From Mycobacterium tuberculosis H37Rv (GTDB lineage Bacteria; Actinomycetota; Actinomycetes; Mycobacteriales; Mycobacteriaceae), in NCBI RefSeq assembly GCF_000195955.2, contig NC_000962.3, positions 2,190,001-2,222,000 of the forward strand: a DNA stretch of 32,000 bases, written 5' to 3'. The translations under genes and the position numbers were made by a program. The notes below the pieces were generated by a model. It did not search any database. It was not told where the DNA came from and worked only from the letters and a program-made list of their open reading frames with translations. The first letter of the stretch is position 1. Each line of letters begins with the position of its first letter. Positions 17,496 to 28,051 of the stretch are shown here, in pieces.

Positions 17496-17555
17496 TAGCA
17501 AGATACATCATAGCCAATATATGCCAGTTTGCATTGCTATTTACCGATCAGTTGT
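17496..17555 (+). repeat. Second copy of the AT-rich segment, proximal to yrbE3A
   Basis: See 17049-17113. Confidence 0.55.
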
Positions 17556-17699
17556 CCAAGCAATCGCGTATTGGCTATGGACATCAGCGGTTCTGCCGCG
17601 TACGCTCACCAATGTCACCGATCGTCGACCTGTCCGGGGGGCCAGCGTGCGCCACCTCACCCAACGGCCCAGCATCGAATCCAGCTGGTGCGCCGCGCC

Positions 17700-18497
17700 A
17701 TGGTAATCGTGGCCGACAAGGCGGCCGGTCGGGTCGCTGATCCGGTCTTGCGGCCGGTGGGCGCGCTGGGCGATTTCTTCGCGATGACGCTCGACACGTC
17801 CGTGTGCATGTTCAAGCCGCCTTTCGCGTGGCGTGAATACCTACTTCAGTGCTGGTTCGTGGCGCGGGTGTCGACGCTGCCTGGGGTGTTGATGACGATC
17901 CCATGGGCGGTGATCTCGGGGTTTCTCTTCAACGTCTTGCTGACCGACATCGGTGCCGCGGACTTTTCCGGCACCGGCTGTGCGATCTTCACCGTGAACC
18001 AAAGCGCCCCGATCGTCACGGTCTTGGTGGTCGCGGGCGCGGGCGCCACCGCCATGTGCGCCGATCTGGGTGCGCGCACCATCCGTGAGGAACTCGACGC
18101 ACTGCGGGTGATGGGCATCAACCCGATCCAAGCGCTAGCGGCTCCGCGCGTGCTGGCGGCCACCACGGTGTCGTTGGCGCTGAATTCGGTGGTGACCGCG
18201 ACGGGGCTGATCGGCGCGTTCTTTTGCTCGGTGTTTCTCATGCACGTCTCGGCGGGGGCATGGGTGACCGGGCTTACCACGCTGACCCACACCGTGGACG
18301 TCGTCATTTCGATGATCAAGGCGACGTTGTTCGGGCTGATGGCCGGACTGATCGCCTGCTATAAGGGCATGTCGGTCGGTGGCGGCCCGGCCGGAGTCGG
18401 CCGGGCGGTGAACGAAACCGTGGTGTTTGCCTTCATCGTCTTGTTCGTGATCAACATCGTCGTCACCGCGGTCGGCATCCCATTCATGGTGTCCTGA
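17700..18497 (+). CDS. yrbE3A: YrbE-family permease of the Mce3 transporter
   Basis: MlaE-like integral membrane protein: CADLGARTIREELDALRVMGINPIQALAAPRVLA; divergent from mce3R. Confidence 0.95.
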   Translation: MVIVADKAAGRVADPVLRPVGALGDFFAMTLDTSVCMFKPPFAWREYLLQCWFVARVSTLPGVLMTIPWAVISGFLFNVLLTDIGAADFSGTGCAIFTVNQSAPIVTVLVVAGAGATAMCADLGARTIREELDALRVMGINPIQALAAPRVLAATTVSLALNSVVTATGLIGAFFCSVFLMHVSAGAWVTGLTTLTHTVDVVISMIKATLFGLMAGLIACYKGMSVGGGPAGVGRAVNETVVFAFIVLFVINIVVTAVGIPFMVS

Positions 18498-18506
18498 GGT
18501 GAACCC

Positions 18507-19322
18507 ATGACGGCAGCGAAAGCCCTTGTAAGCGAATGGAATCGGATGGGATCGCAGATGCGGTTCTTCGTCGGCACGCTGGCCGGGATTCCCGACGCCC
18601 TCATGCACTACCGCGGCGAGCTGCTGCGGGTGATCGCGCAAATGGGGTTGGGGACCGGGGTTCTTGCGGTGATCGGTGGAACGGTCGCGATCGTCGGGTT
18701 CTTGGCGATGACCACCGGCGCGATCGTGGCCGTGCAGGGCTACAACCAGTTCGCTTCGGTGGGTGTGGAGGCGCTGACCGGCTTCGCGTCGGCCTTCTTC
18801 AACACCCGCGAGATTCAGCCCGGAACCGTGATGGTCGCGCTAGCGGCCACCGTCGGTGCCGGTACCACCGCTGCGCTGGGGGCGATGCGGATAAACGAGG
18901 AGATCGACGCGCTCGAGGTGATCGGCATCCGCAGCATCAGCTACCTGGCGAGCACCCGGGTGCTGGCCGGAGTGGTCGTGGCCGTCCCTCTGTTCTGTGT
19001 GGGACTGATGACGGCCTACCTGGCCGCGCGCGTCGGCACCACCGCCATCTATGGCCAGGGGTCGGGCGTGTACGACCACTACTTCAACACGTTCCTGCGC
19101 CCGACCGACGTGCTCTGGTCGTCGGTTGAAGTCGTCGTGGTCGCTCTGATGATCATGCTGGTGTGCACCTATTACGGCTACGCCGCACATGGCGGGCCGG
19201 CCGGGGTTGGCGAGGCGGTCGGCCGGGCCGTGCGTGCCTCGATGGTCGTCGCGTCGATCGCAATCCTTGTCATGACGCTGGCCATCTACGGCCAGTCGCC
19301 CAACTTTCACCTGGCGACCTAG
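18507..19322 (+). CDS. yrbE3B: YrbE-family permease of the Mce3 transporter
   Basis: GAMRINEEIDALEVIGIRSISYLASTRVLAG motif; tandem to yrbE3A. Confidence 0.95.
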   Translation: MTAAKALVSEWNRMGSQMRFFVGTLAGIPDALMHYRGELLRVIAQMGLGTGVLAVIGGTVAIVGFLAMTTGAIVAVQGYNQFASVGVEALTGFASAFFNTREIQPGTVMVALAATVGAGTTAALGAMRINEEIDALEVIGIRSISYLASTRVLAGVVVAVPLFCVGLMTAYLAARVGTTAIYGQGSGVYDHYFNTFLRPTDVLWSSVEVVVVALMIMLVCTYYGYAAHGGPAGVGEAVGRAVRASMVVASIAILVMTLAIYGQSPNFHLAT

Positions 19323-19326
19323 TGAC

Positions 19327-20604
19327 ATGAGACGCGGGCCGGGTCGACACCGTTTGCACGACGCGTGGTGGACGCTGATCCTGTTCGCGGTGATCGGGGT
19401 GGCTGTCCTGGTGACGGCGGTGTCCTTCACGGGCAGCTTGCGGTCGACTGTGCCGGTGACGCTGGCGGCCGACCGCTCCGGGCTGGTGATGGACTCCGGC
19501 GCCAAGGTCATGATGCGCGGTGTGCAGGTCGGCCGGGTCGCCCAGATCGGTCGGATCGAGTGGGCCCAGAACGGGGCGAGCCTCAGACTGGAGATCGACC
19601 CCGACCAGATCCGGTACATCCCGGCCAATGTCGAGGCACAGATCAGCGCCACCACCGCATTCGGTGCCAAGTTCGTCGACCTGGTGATGCCGCAAAACCC
19701 AAGTCGTGCACGGCTGTCCGCTGGGGCGGTACTGCATTCGAAGAACGTCAGCACGGAAATCAACACCGTCTTCGAAAACGTCGTCGACCTGCTCAACATG
19801 ATCGACCCGCTGAAACTGAACGCCGTGCTGACCGCGGTCGCCGACGCCGTTCGCGGGCAAGGTGAACGGATAGGCCAGGCCACCACCGACCTCAACGAGG
19901 TGCTGGAGGCACTCAACGCACGCGGCGACACCATCGGCGGCAACTGGCGATCGCTCAAGAACTTCACCGACACCTATGACGCGGCCGCCCAAGACATCCT
20001 GACGATCCTGAACGCCGCCAGCACCACCAGTGCGACCGTCGTGAATCATTCGACGCAGCTGGATGCCTTGCTACTCAACGCCATCGGACTATCCAACGCT
20101 GGCACCAACCTGCTTGGCAGCAGCCGAGACAATCTCGTCGGCGCGGCCGACATCCTGGCGCCGACCACGAGCCTGCTGTTCAAGTACAACCCCGAATACA
20201 CCTGCTTCCTGCAGGGCGCCAAGTGGTATCTCGACAACGGCGGCTATGCGGCCTGGGGCGGGGCCGACGGGCGCACGCTACAACTCGATGTGGCGCTACT
20301 GTTCGGCAACGACCCCTATGTCTATCCGGACAACCTGCCGGTTGTCGCGGCCAAGGGGGGTCCCGGCGGAAGGCCGGGATGCGGGCCATTGCCGGATGCC
20401 ACCCACAACTTCCCGGTGCGCCAGCTGGTCACCAACACCGGATGGGGAACCGGGCTGGACATCCGGCCCAACCCCGGCATCGGGCATCCCTGCTGGGCCA
20501 ACTACTTCCCGGTGACCCGCGCGGTGCCCGAGCCGCCGTCGATCCGTCAGTGCATCCCCGGGCCGGCGATCGGGCCCAACCCCGCGGCGGGGGAGCAGCC
20601 ATGA
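19327..20604 (+). CDS. mce3A: Mce-family protein A
   Basis: MCE domain LAADRSGLVMDSGAKVMMRGVQVGRV; position in the operon. Confidence 0.95.
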   Translation: MRRGPGRHRLHDAWWTLILFAVIGVAVLVTAVSFTGSLRSTVPVTLAADRSGLVMDSGAKVMMRGVQVGRVAQIGRIEWAQNGASLRLEIDPDQIRYIPANVEAQISATTAFGAKFVDLVMPQNPSRARLSAGAVLHSKNVSTEINTVFENVVDLLNMIDPLKLNAVLTAVADAVRGQGERIGQATTDLNEVLEALNARGDTIGGNWRSLKNFTDTYDAAAQDILTILNAASTTSATVVNHSTQLDALLLNAIGLSNAGTNLLGSSRDNLVGAADILAPTTSLLFKYNPEYTCFLQGAKWYLDNGGYAAWGGADGRTLQLDVALLFGNDPYVYPDNLPVVAAKGGPGGRPGCGPLPDATHNFPVRQLVTNTGWGTGLDIRPNPGIGHPCWANYFPVTRAVPEPPSIRQCIPGPAIGPNPAAGEQP

Positions 20605-21629
20605 GGGAGAACCTGGGGGGCGTCGTGGTGCGCCTCGGCGTCTTCCTGGCGGTATGCCTGCTGACGGCGTTCCTGCTGATTGCCGTCTTCGGGGAGGTGC
20701 GCTTCGGCGACGGCAAGACCTACTACGCCGAGTTCGCCAACGTGTCCAATCTGCGAACGGGCAAGCTGGTGCGCATCGCCGGCGTCGAGGTCGGCAAGGT
20801 CACCAGGATCTCCATCAACCCCGACGCGACGGTGCGGGTGCAGTTCACCGCCGACAACTCGGTCACCCTCACGCGGGGCACCCGGGCGGTGATCCGCTAC
20901 GACAACCTGTTCGGTGACCGCTATTTGGCGCTGGAGGAAGGGGCCGGCGGACTCGCCGTTCTTCGTCCCGGTCACACGATTCCGTTGGCGCGCACCCAAC
21001 CGGCGTTGGATCTGGATGCCCTGATCGGTGGATTCAAGCCGCTGTTTCGTGCGCTGAACCCCGAGCAGGTCAACGCGCTGAGCGAACAGTTGCTGCACGC
21101 GTTTGCCGGACAGGGGCCCACGATCGGGTCATTGCTGGCCCAGTCCGCGGCCGTGACCAACACCCTGGCCGACCGTGATCGGCTGATCGGGCAGGTGATC
21201 ACCAACCTCAACGTGGTGCTGGGCTCGCTGGGCGCTCACACCGATCGGTTGGACCAGGCGGTGACGTCGCTATCAGCGTTGATTCACCGGCTCGCGCAAC
21301 GCAAGACCGACATCTCCAACGCCGTGGCCTACACCAACGCCGCCGCCGGCTCGGTCGCCGATCTGCTGTCGCAGGCTCGCGCGCCGTTGGCGAAGGTGGT
21401 TCGCGAGACCGATCGGGTGGCCGGCATCGCGGCCGCCGACCACGACTACCTCGACAATCTGCTCAACACGCTGCCGGACAAATACCAGGCGCTGGTCCGC
21501 CAGGGTATGTACGGCGACTTCTTCGCCTTCTACCTGTGCGACGTCGTGCTCAAGGTCAACGGCAAGGGCGGCCAGCCGGTGTACATCAAGCTGGCCGGTC
21601 AGGACAGCGGGCGGTGCGCGCCGAAATGA
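20601..21629 (+). CDS. mce3B: Mce-family protein B
   Basis: MCE domain YYAEFANVSNLRTGKLVRIAGVEVGKVTRISI; 4-nt overlap with mce3A. Confidence 0.95.
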   Translation: MRENLGGVVVRLGVFLAVCLLTAFLLIAVFGEVRFGDGKTYYAEFANVSNLRTGKLVRIAGVEVGKVTRISINPDATVRVQFTADNSVTLTRGTRAVIRYDNLFGDRYLALEEGAGGLAVLRPGHTIPLARTQPALDLDALIGGFKPLFRALNPEQVNALSEQLLHAFAGQGPTIGSLLAQSAAVTNTLADRDRLIGQVITNLNVVLGSLGAHTDRLDQAVTSLSALIHRLAQRKTDISNAVAYTNAAAGSVADLLSQARAPLAKVVRETDRVAGIAAADHDYLDNLLNTLPDKYQALVRQGMYGDFFAFYLCDVVLKVNGKGGQPVYIKLAGQDSGRCAPK

Positions 21630-22858
21630 AATCCTTCGCCGAACGCAACCGTCTGGCCATCGGCACAGTCGGCATCGTCGTCGTCGCCGCCGTTGCGCTG
21701 GCCGCGCTGCAATACCAGCGGCTGCCGTTTTTCAACCAGGGCACCAGGGTCTCCGCCTATTTCGCCGACGCCGGCGGGCTGCGCACCGGCAACACCGTCG
21801 AGGTCTCCGGCTATCCGGTGGGAAAAGTGTCCAGCATCTCGCTCGACGGACCGGGCGTGCTGGTGGAGTTCAAGGTCGACACCGACGTCCGACTCGGAAA
21901 CCGCACCGAAGTGGCAATCAAAACCAAGGGCTTGTTGGGCAGCAAGTTCCTCGACGTCACCCCCCGCGGGGACGGCCGACTCGATTCTCCGATCCCGATC
22001 GAGCGGACCACGTCGCCCTACCAACTGCCCGACGCCCTTGGCGATTTGGCCGCCACGATCAGCGGGTTGCACACCGAGCGGCTGTCCGAATCGCTGGCCA
22101 CCCTGGCGCAGACCTTTGCCGATACGCCGGCGCACTTCCGCAACGCCATACACGGGGTGGCCCGGCTCGCCCAAACCCTCGATGAGCGCGACAACCAACT
22201 GCGCAGCCTGCTGGCCAACGCGGCCAAAGCCACCGGGGTGCTGGCCAACCGCACCGACCAGATCGTCGGCCTGGTGCGCGACACGAATGTGGTCTTGGCG
22301 CAGCTGCGCACCCAAAGCGCCGCCCTGGACCGGATCTGGGCGAACATCTCGGCGGTGGCCGAACAACTGCGGGGCTTCATCGCTGAGAACCGCCAGCAGC
22401 TGCGCCCGGCGCTGGACAAGCTCAACGGGGTGCTGGCTATCGTCGAAAACCGCAAAGAGCGTGTGCGGCAGGCCATCCCGCTGATCAACACCTATGTCAT
22501 GTCGCTGGGTGAGTCGCTGTCGTCGGGCCCGTTCTTCAAGGCATACGTGGTGAACCTGCTGCCGGGTCAGTTCGTGCAACCGTTCATCAGCGCCGCGTTC
22601 TCCGACCTGGGGCTCGACCCGGCCACGTTGCTGCCGTCGCAGCTGACCGACCCACCGACCGGTCAACCCGGAACCCCGCCGTTGCCGATGCCCTACCCGC
22701 GCACGGGCCAGGGCGGTGAGCCGCGGCTGACGCTGCCCGACGCGATCACCGGCAATCCCGGCGATCCGCGCTATCCGTACCGGCCGGAGCCGCCCGCGCC
22801 GCCGCCCGGCGGGCCGCCGCCCGGCCCGCCCGCGCAGCAGCCGGGAGACCAACCGTGA
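21626..22858 (+). CDS. mce3C: Mce-family protein C with proline-rich C-terminus
   Basis: VSAYFADAGGLRTGNTVEVSGYPVGKV; ends in PPAPPPGGPPPGPPAQQ. Confidence 0.95.
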   Translation: MKSFAERNRLAIGTVGIVVVAAVALAALQYQRLPFFNQGTRVSAYFADAGGLRTGNTVEVSGYPVGKVSSISLDGPGVLVEFKVDTDVRLGNRTEVAIKTKGLLGSKFLDVTPRGDGRLDSPIPIERTTSPYQLPDALGDLAATISGLHTERLSESLATLAQTFADTPAHFRNAIHGVARLAQTLDERDNQLRSLLANAAKATGVLANRTDQIVGLVRDTNVVLAQLRTQSAALDRIWANISAVAEQLRGFIAENRQQLRPALDKLNGVLAIVENRKERVRQAIPLINTYVMSLGESLSSGPFFKAYVVNLLPGQFVQPFISAAFSDLGLDPATLLPSQLTDPPTGQPGTPPLPMPYPRTGQGGEPRLTLPDAITGNPGDPRYPYRPEPPAPPPGGPPPGPPAQQPGDQP

Positions 22859-24126
22859 CAACGAAACTCAGACGTGCCCGCTCGGTGTTGGCGACCGCCC
22901 TGGTGCTGGTCGCGGGCGTGATCCTGGCCATGCGCACCGCCGACGCCGCCGCCCGCACGACCGTGGTCGCCTACTTCGACAACAGCAACGGTGTGTTCGC
23001 CGGTGACGACGTGCTCATTCGGGGCGTGCCGGTGGGCAAGATCGTCAAGATCGAACCGCAACCGCTGCGCGCCAAGATTTCGTTCTGGTTCGACCGCAAA
23101 TACCGAGTCCCCGCCGATGCCGCCGCGGCGATCCTGTCGCCGCAACTGGTGACCGGCCGGGCCATCCAGCTGACACCGCCGTATGCCGGCGGGCCGACCA
23201 TGGCCGACGGCACAGTAATCCCGCAAGAGCGCACCGTGGTGCCGGTGGAGTGGGACGACTTGCGGGCGCAACTTCAGCGGCTGACCGCATTGCTGCAGCC
23301 CACCCGGCCGGGCGGCGTCAGCACGCTGGGTGCGCTCATCAATACTGCCGCCGACAACCTGCGCGGGCAAGGCGCCACCATCCGCGACACCATCATCAAA
23401 CTGTCACAAGCGATTTCGGCTCTCGGTGACCACAGCAAAGACATCTTCTCCACCGTGACGAACCTGTCGACGCTGGTCACGGCGCTGCATGACAGCGCTG
23501 ACCTGCTCGAACGGCTCAACCACAACCTGGCCGCGGTGACCTCGCTGCTGGCCGATGGCCCGGACAAGATCGGTCAGGCAGCCGAGGACCTCAACGCGGT
23601 CGTAGCCGACGTCGGCAGCTTCGCCGCCGAGCACCGCGAGGCGATCGGCACCGCATCAGACAAGCTCGCGTCAATCACCACCGCGCTGGTCGACAGCCTC
23701 GACGACATCAAGCAGACGCTGCATATCAGCCCGACGGTGTTGCAGAACTTCAACAACATCTTCGAACCGGCCAACGGCGCGCTGACCGGCGCGCTGGCGG
23801 GCAACAACATGGCCAACCCAATCGCCTTCCTGTGCGGCGCGATCCAGGCTGCCTCCCGGCTGGGCGGCGAGCAAGCGGCCAAATTGTGCGTGCAATACCT
23901 GGCGCCGATCGTGAAGAACCGCCAGTACAACTACCCGCCGCTGGGGGCGAACCTGTTCGTCGGGGCGCAGGCCAGGCCTAACGAGGTCACCTACAGCGAG
24001 GACTGGCTGCGGCCCGATTACGTTGCACCAGTTGCGGACACGCCGCCAGATCCGGCCGCGGCCGTGACCGTCGATCCCGCGACCGGCCTGCGCGGCATGA
24101 TGATGCCGCCGGGGGGTGGCTCGTGA
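22855..24126 (+). CDS. mce3D: Mce-family protein D
   Basis: VVAYFDNSNGVFAGDDVLIRGVPVGKIVKI; 4-nt overlaps at both ends. Confidence 0.95.
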   Translation: MTTKLRRARSVLATALVLVAGVILAMRTADAAARTTVVAYFDNSNGVFAGDDVLIRGVPVGKIVKIEPQPLRAKISFWFDRKYRVPADAAAAILSPQLVTGRAIQLTPPYAGGPTMADGTVIPQERTVVPVEWDDLRAQLQRLTALLQPTRPGGVSTLGALINTAADNLRGQGATIRDTIIKLSQAISALGDHSKDIFSTVTNLSTLVTALHDSADLLERLNHNLAAVTSLLADGPDKIGQAAEDLNAVVADVGSFAAEHREAIGTASDKLASITTALVDSLDDIKQTLHISPTVLQNFNNIFEPANGALTGALAGNNMANPIAFLCGAIQAASRLGGEQAAKLCVQYLAPIVKNRQYNYPPLGANLFVGAQARPNEVTYSEDWLRPDYVAPVADTPPDPAAAVTVDPATGLRGMMMPPGGGS

Positions 24127-25256
24127 GGATCGGCCTGACCCTGGTGATGATCGCGGCCGTGGTAGCGAGCTGCGGCTGGCGCGGGCTGAATTCGCTGCCG
24201 CTGCCCGGCACGCAGGGCAACGGCCCGGGGTCCTTCGCGGTCCAGGCGCAGCTGCCGGATGTCAACAACATCCAGCCGAACTCGCGGGTGCGGGTTGCCG
24301 ACGTGACGGTCGGCCACGTCACGAAAATCGAGCGCCAAGGCTGGCACGCGTTGGTGACCATGCGGCTGGATGGCGACGTCGATTTGCCCGCCAACGCAAC
24401 GGCCAAGATCGGCACCACCAGCCTGCTGGGTTCCTACCACATCGAGCTGGCGCCACCGAAAGGCGAAGCGCGGCAAGGCAAGCTGCGCGACGGTTCACTC
24501 ATTGCGCTGTCACACGGTAGCGCCTACCCAAGCACCGAGCAGACGCTGGCAGCGCTGTCGCTGGTGCTCAACGGCGGCGGACTGGGCCAGGTTCAAGACA
24601 TCACCGAGGCGTTGAGCACCGCGTTTGCCGGCCGTGAGCACGATCTGCGCGGGCTGATTGGGCAGCTGGACACCTTCACCGCATACCTCAACAACCAGTC
24701 CGGTGACATCATCGCGGCCACCGACAGCCTCAACCGCCTCGTCGGCAAGTTCGCCGACCAGCAACCCGTCTTCGATCGGGCCCTGGCCACCATCCCCGAC
24801 GCGCTCGCGGTGCTGGCCGATGAGCGGGACACGCTCGTCGAGGCTGCCGAGCAGCTGAGCAAGTTCAGCGCCCTGACCGTCGACTCGGTCAACAAGACCA
24901 CCGCGAACCTGGTCACCGAACTGCGGCAACTCGGACCGGTGTTGGAGTCGCTGGCCAATTCCGGTCCGGCGCTGACCCGATCGCTGTCCCTGCTGGCCAC
25001 GTTCCCGTTCCCGAACGAGACGTTCCAAAATTTCCAGCGCGGCGAATACGCCAACCTGACCGCGATCGTCGACCTCACGCTCAGCCGCATCGACCAGGGC
25101 CTGTTGACCGGCACCCGCTGGGAGTGTCATCTGACCCAGCTCGAGCTGCAGTGGGGTCGCACCATTGGGCAGTTCCCCAGCCCGTGTACCGCGGGCTATC
25201 GGGGTACCCCGGGCAATCCGCTGACGATCGCCTACCGCTGGGATCAGGGGCCCTAG
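24123..25256 (+). CDS. lprM: Mce-family lipoprotein (Mce3E/LprM)
   Basis: Signal peptide plus lipobox-like AAVVASC at the N-terminus; MCE domain VNNIQPNSRVRVADVTVGHVTKI. Confidence 0.94.
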   Translation: MRIGLTLVMIAAVVASCGWRGLNSLPLPGTQGNGPGSFAVQAQLPDVNNIQPNSRVRVADVTVGHVTKIERQGWHALVTMRLDGDVDLPANATAKIGTTSLLGSYHIELAPPKGEARQGKLRDGSLIALSHGSAYPSTEQTLAALSLVLNGGGLGQVQDITEALSTAFAGREHDLRGLIGQLDTFTAYLNNQSGDIIAATDSLNRLVGKFADQQPVFDRALATIPDALAVLADERDTLVEAAEQLSKFSALTVDSVNKTTANLVTELRQLGPVLESLANSGPALTRSLSLLATFPFPNETFQNFQRGEYANLTAIVDLTLSRIDQGLLTGTRWECHLTQLELQWGRTIGQFPSPCTAGYRGTPGNPLTIAYRWDQGP

Positions 25257-26570
25257 ATGCTGCATCTACCGCGCCGAGTGATCGTTCAGCTGGCCGTCTT
25301 TACCGTGATCGCGGTGGGCGTGCTGGCCATCACGTTCCTGCATTTCGTGAGGCTGCCGGCGATGCTTTTCGGCGTCGGCCGCTACACGGTGACGATGGAG
25401 CTGGTCGAAGCCGGTGGGCTGTATCGCACCGGCAATGTCACCTACCGCGGCTTTGAGGTGGGCCGGGTGGCAGCGGTGCGGCTCACCGACACCGGGGTGC
25501 AAGCGGTGCTGGCCCTGAAATCGGGCATCGATATCCCGTCGGACCTCAAGGCCGAGGTGCACAGCCACACCGCGATCGGCGAAACCTACGTCGAGTTGTT
25601 GCCGCGCAACGCCGCCTCGCCGCCACTGAAGAACGGCGATGTCATTGCGCTGGCCGACACCTCGGTGCCGCCCGACATCAACGACCTGCTCAGCGCGGCC
25701 AACACCGCATTGGAGGCAATACCTCACGAGAACCTGCAGACCGTCATCGACGAGTCGTACACCGCGGTGGCCGGGTTAGGGCTCGAACTTTCCCGGCTGA
25801 TCAAGGGCTCGGCGGAACTGGCGATCGATGCTCGCGCGAATCTCGATCCGCTGGTGGCGCTGATCGACCGGGCAGGACCGGTGCTGGATTCGCAGACCCA
25901 CACCTCGGATGCGATCGCGGCCTGGGCGGCACAGCTGGCCGCAGTCACCGGCCAATTGCAGACACACGACTCGGCGGTCGGCGATCTCATCGACCGGGGC
26001 GGTCCGGCGTTGGGGGAGACGCGCCAACTGCTCGAGCGGCTACAACCCACCGTGCCCATCCTGCTGGCCAACCTGGTCAGCGTCGGCCAGGTCGCACTCA
26101 CCTATCACAACGACATCGAACAGCTGCTGGTGGTGTTCCCCATGGCCATCGCCGCCGAACAGGCCGGCATCCTGGCCAACCTCAACACCAAGCAGGCCTA
26201 CCGGGGCCAGTATCTGAGCTTCAACCTCAACCTGAACCTGCCGCCGCCGTGCACCACCGGCTTTCTGCCGGCCCAGCAGCGGCGCATTCCCACGTTCGAG
26301 GACTACCCGGATCGCCCGGCCGGTGATCTGTACTGCCGGGTGCCCCAGGATTCGCCGTTTAACGTGCGCGGCGCCCGCAACATCCCCTGTGAAACCGTGC
26401 CGGGCAAGCGCGCACCCACCGTGAAGTTATGCGAGAGCGACGCGCCATACCTGCCGCTGAACGACGGCTACAACTGGAAGGGCGACCCCAACGCCACGGT
26501 GCCGGGTTTGGGGTCCGGCCAGGACATCCCGCAGACATGGCAAACGATGCTGCTGCCGCCGGGCAGCTGA
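25257..26570 (+). CDS. mce3F: Mce-family protein F
   Basis: YTVTMELVEAGGLYRTGNVTYRGFEVGRV; last Mce gene of the operon. Confidence 0.95.
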   Translation: MLHLPRRVIVQLAVFTVIAVGVLAITFLHFVRLPAMLFGVGRYTVTMELVEAGGLYRTGNVTYRGFEVGRVAAVRLTDTGVQAVLALKSGIDIPSDLKAEVHSHTAIGETYVELLPRNAASPPLKNGDVIALADTSVPPDINDLLSAANTALEAIPHENLQTVIDESYTAVAGLGLELSRLIKGSAELAIDARANLDPLVALIDRAGPVLDSQTHTSDAIAAWAAQLAAVTGQLQTHDSAVGDLIDRGGPALGETRQLLERLQPTVPILLANLVSVGQVALTYHNDIEQLLVVFPMAIAAEQAGILANLNTKQAYRGQYLSFNLNLNLPPPCTTGFLPAQQRRIPTFEDYPDRPAGDLYCRVPQDSPFNVRGARNIPCETVPGKRAPTVKLCESDAPYLPLNDGYNWKGDPNATVPGLGSGQDIPQTWQTMLLPPGS

Positions 26571-26591
26571 CGGTGATGGAGGGAGGACACG

Positions 26592-27167
26592 ATGTCGGTA
26601 GCAGTGGATTCCGACGCCGAGGATGACGCCGTATCGGAGATCGCTGAGGCAGCCGGCGTGTCGCCGGCCCCAGCCAAACCATCCATGTCGGCGCCGCGGC
26701 GCATGCTGCTGTTCGGCCTGGTCGTCGTCGTCGCTTTGGCGGTGCTGTTGTGTTGCTGGGGATTTCGCGTCCAGCGGGCACGCCATGCGCAGGACCAGCG
26801 TGGTCACTTCCTGCAAGCGGCCCGGCAGTGCGCGCTGAACCTAACGACCATCGACTGGCGCAACGCCGAGGCGGATGTGCGCCGCATTCTGGACGGCGCC
26901 ACAGGCGAGTTTTACAACGACTTCGCCCAGCGGTCCCAGCCCTTCGTCGAAGTACTGAGGCACGCAAAGGCCAGCACGGTCGGCACGATCACCGAGGCCG
27001 GGCTGCAGACGCAGACCGCCGACACGGCCCAGGCGCTGGTGGCGGTGTCCGTGCAAACGTCGAATGCCGGCGAAGCCGACCCGGTTCCACGAGCGTGGCG
27101 AATGCGCATCACCGTGCAGCGGGTCGGCGACCGGGTCAAGGTGTCCGACGTCGGGTTCGTGCCGTGA
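26592..27167 (+). CDS. Mce-associated membrane protein (Rv1972-like)
   Basis: 191 aa with a single TM after an acidic N-terminus; position directly after mce3F. Confidence 0.88.
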   Translation: MSVAVDSDAEDDAVSEIAEAAGVSPAPAKPSMSAPRRMLLFGLVVVVALAVLLCCWGFRVQRARHAQDQRGHFLQAARQCALNLTTIDWRNAEADVRRILDGATGEFYNDFAQRSQPFVEVLRHAKASTVGTITEAGLQTQTADTAQALVAVSVQTSNAGEADPVPRAWRMRITVQRVGDRVKVSDVGFVP

Positions 27168-27646
27168 GCTGGTCGCGGGTGATCGCCTACGGGCTGCTGC
27201 CCGGGCTGGCGTTGGCGCTGACGTGTGGCGCGGGCTTGCTGAAATGGCAGGACGGCGCCGTCCGCGACGCCGCGGTTGCCCGTGCGGAATCCGTGCGGGC
27301 CGCGACCGACGGCACCACCGCGCTGCTGTCTTACCGGCCCGACACCGTGCAGCATGACCTCGAGAGCGCGCGAAGCAGGCTCACGGGCACGTTCCTCGAC
27401 GCCTACACACAGCTGACCCACGACGTGGTGATCCCCGGCGCACAGCAGAAGCAGATCTCGGCCGTGGCCACCGTCGCGGCCGCGGCGTCGGTGTCGACTT
27501 CCGCCGACCGCGCCGTCGTCCTGCTGTTCGTAAACCAGACCATCACCGTCGGCAAGGACGCGCCGACCACCGCCGCTTCCAGCGTTCGGGTGACCCTCGA
27601 CAACATCAACGGGCGTTGGCTGATCTCGCAATTCGAACCGATCTGA
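27164..27646 (+). CDS. Mce-associated membrane protein (Rv1973-like)
   Basis: 160 aa from GTG 27164; N-terminal TM, LLFVNQTITVG...VRVTLDNINGRWLISQFEPI; 4-nt overlap upstream. Confidence 0.87.
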   Translation: MSWSRVIAYGLLPGLALALTCGAGLLKWQDGAVRDAAVARAESVRAATDGTTALLSYRPDTVQHDLESARSRLTGTFLDAYTQLTHDVVIPGAQQKQISAVATVAAAASVSTSADRAVVLLFVNQTITVGKDAPTTAASSVRVTLDNINGRWLISQFEPI

Positions 27647-27658
27647 CGGGGGGCACCA

Positions 27659-28036
27659 GTGCAGCGCCAATCATTGATGCCCCAGCAGACCCTTGCCGCC
27701 GGCGTTTTCGTGGGTGCGCTGCTATGCGGTGTCGTGACGGCGGCGGTGCCACCACACGCACGCGCCGACGTGGTCGCCTATCTGGTCAACGTGACGGTAC
27801 GCCCGGGCTACAACTTCGCCAACGCCGACGCCGCGTTGAGTTACGGACATGGCCTCTGCGAGAAGGTGTCTCGGGGCCGCCCTTACGCACAGATCATCGC
27901 CGACGTCAAGGCTGATTTCGACACCCGCGACCAATACCAGGCCTCGTATCTGCTCAGCCAGGCTGTCAACGAACTCTGCCCCGCGCTGATCTGGCAGTTG
28001 CGAAACTCCGCAGTCGACAATCGGCGCTCGGGCTGA
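27659..28036 (+). CDS. Secreted DUF732-type small protein (Rv1974-like)
   Basis: Signal peptide ending near ARA; GYNFANADAALSYGHGLCEKVSRGRPYAQII...YQASYLLSQAVNELCPAL. Confidence 0.82.
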   Translation: MQRQSLMPQQTLAAGVFVGALLCGVVTAAVPPHARADVVAYLVNVTVRPGYNFANADAALSYGHGLCEKVSRGRPYAQIIADVKADFDTRDQYQASYLLSQAVNELCPALIWQLRNSAVDNRRSG

Positions 28037-28051
28037 GGTAAGGGGACTGAC

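Noticed and set aside
21599-22861. 420-aa minus-strand ORF opposite mce3C
   Set aside because: Antisense shadow of a well-supported MCE gene; no independent motif.
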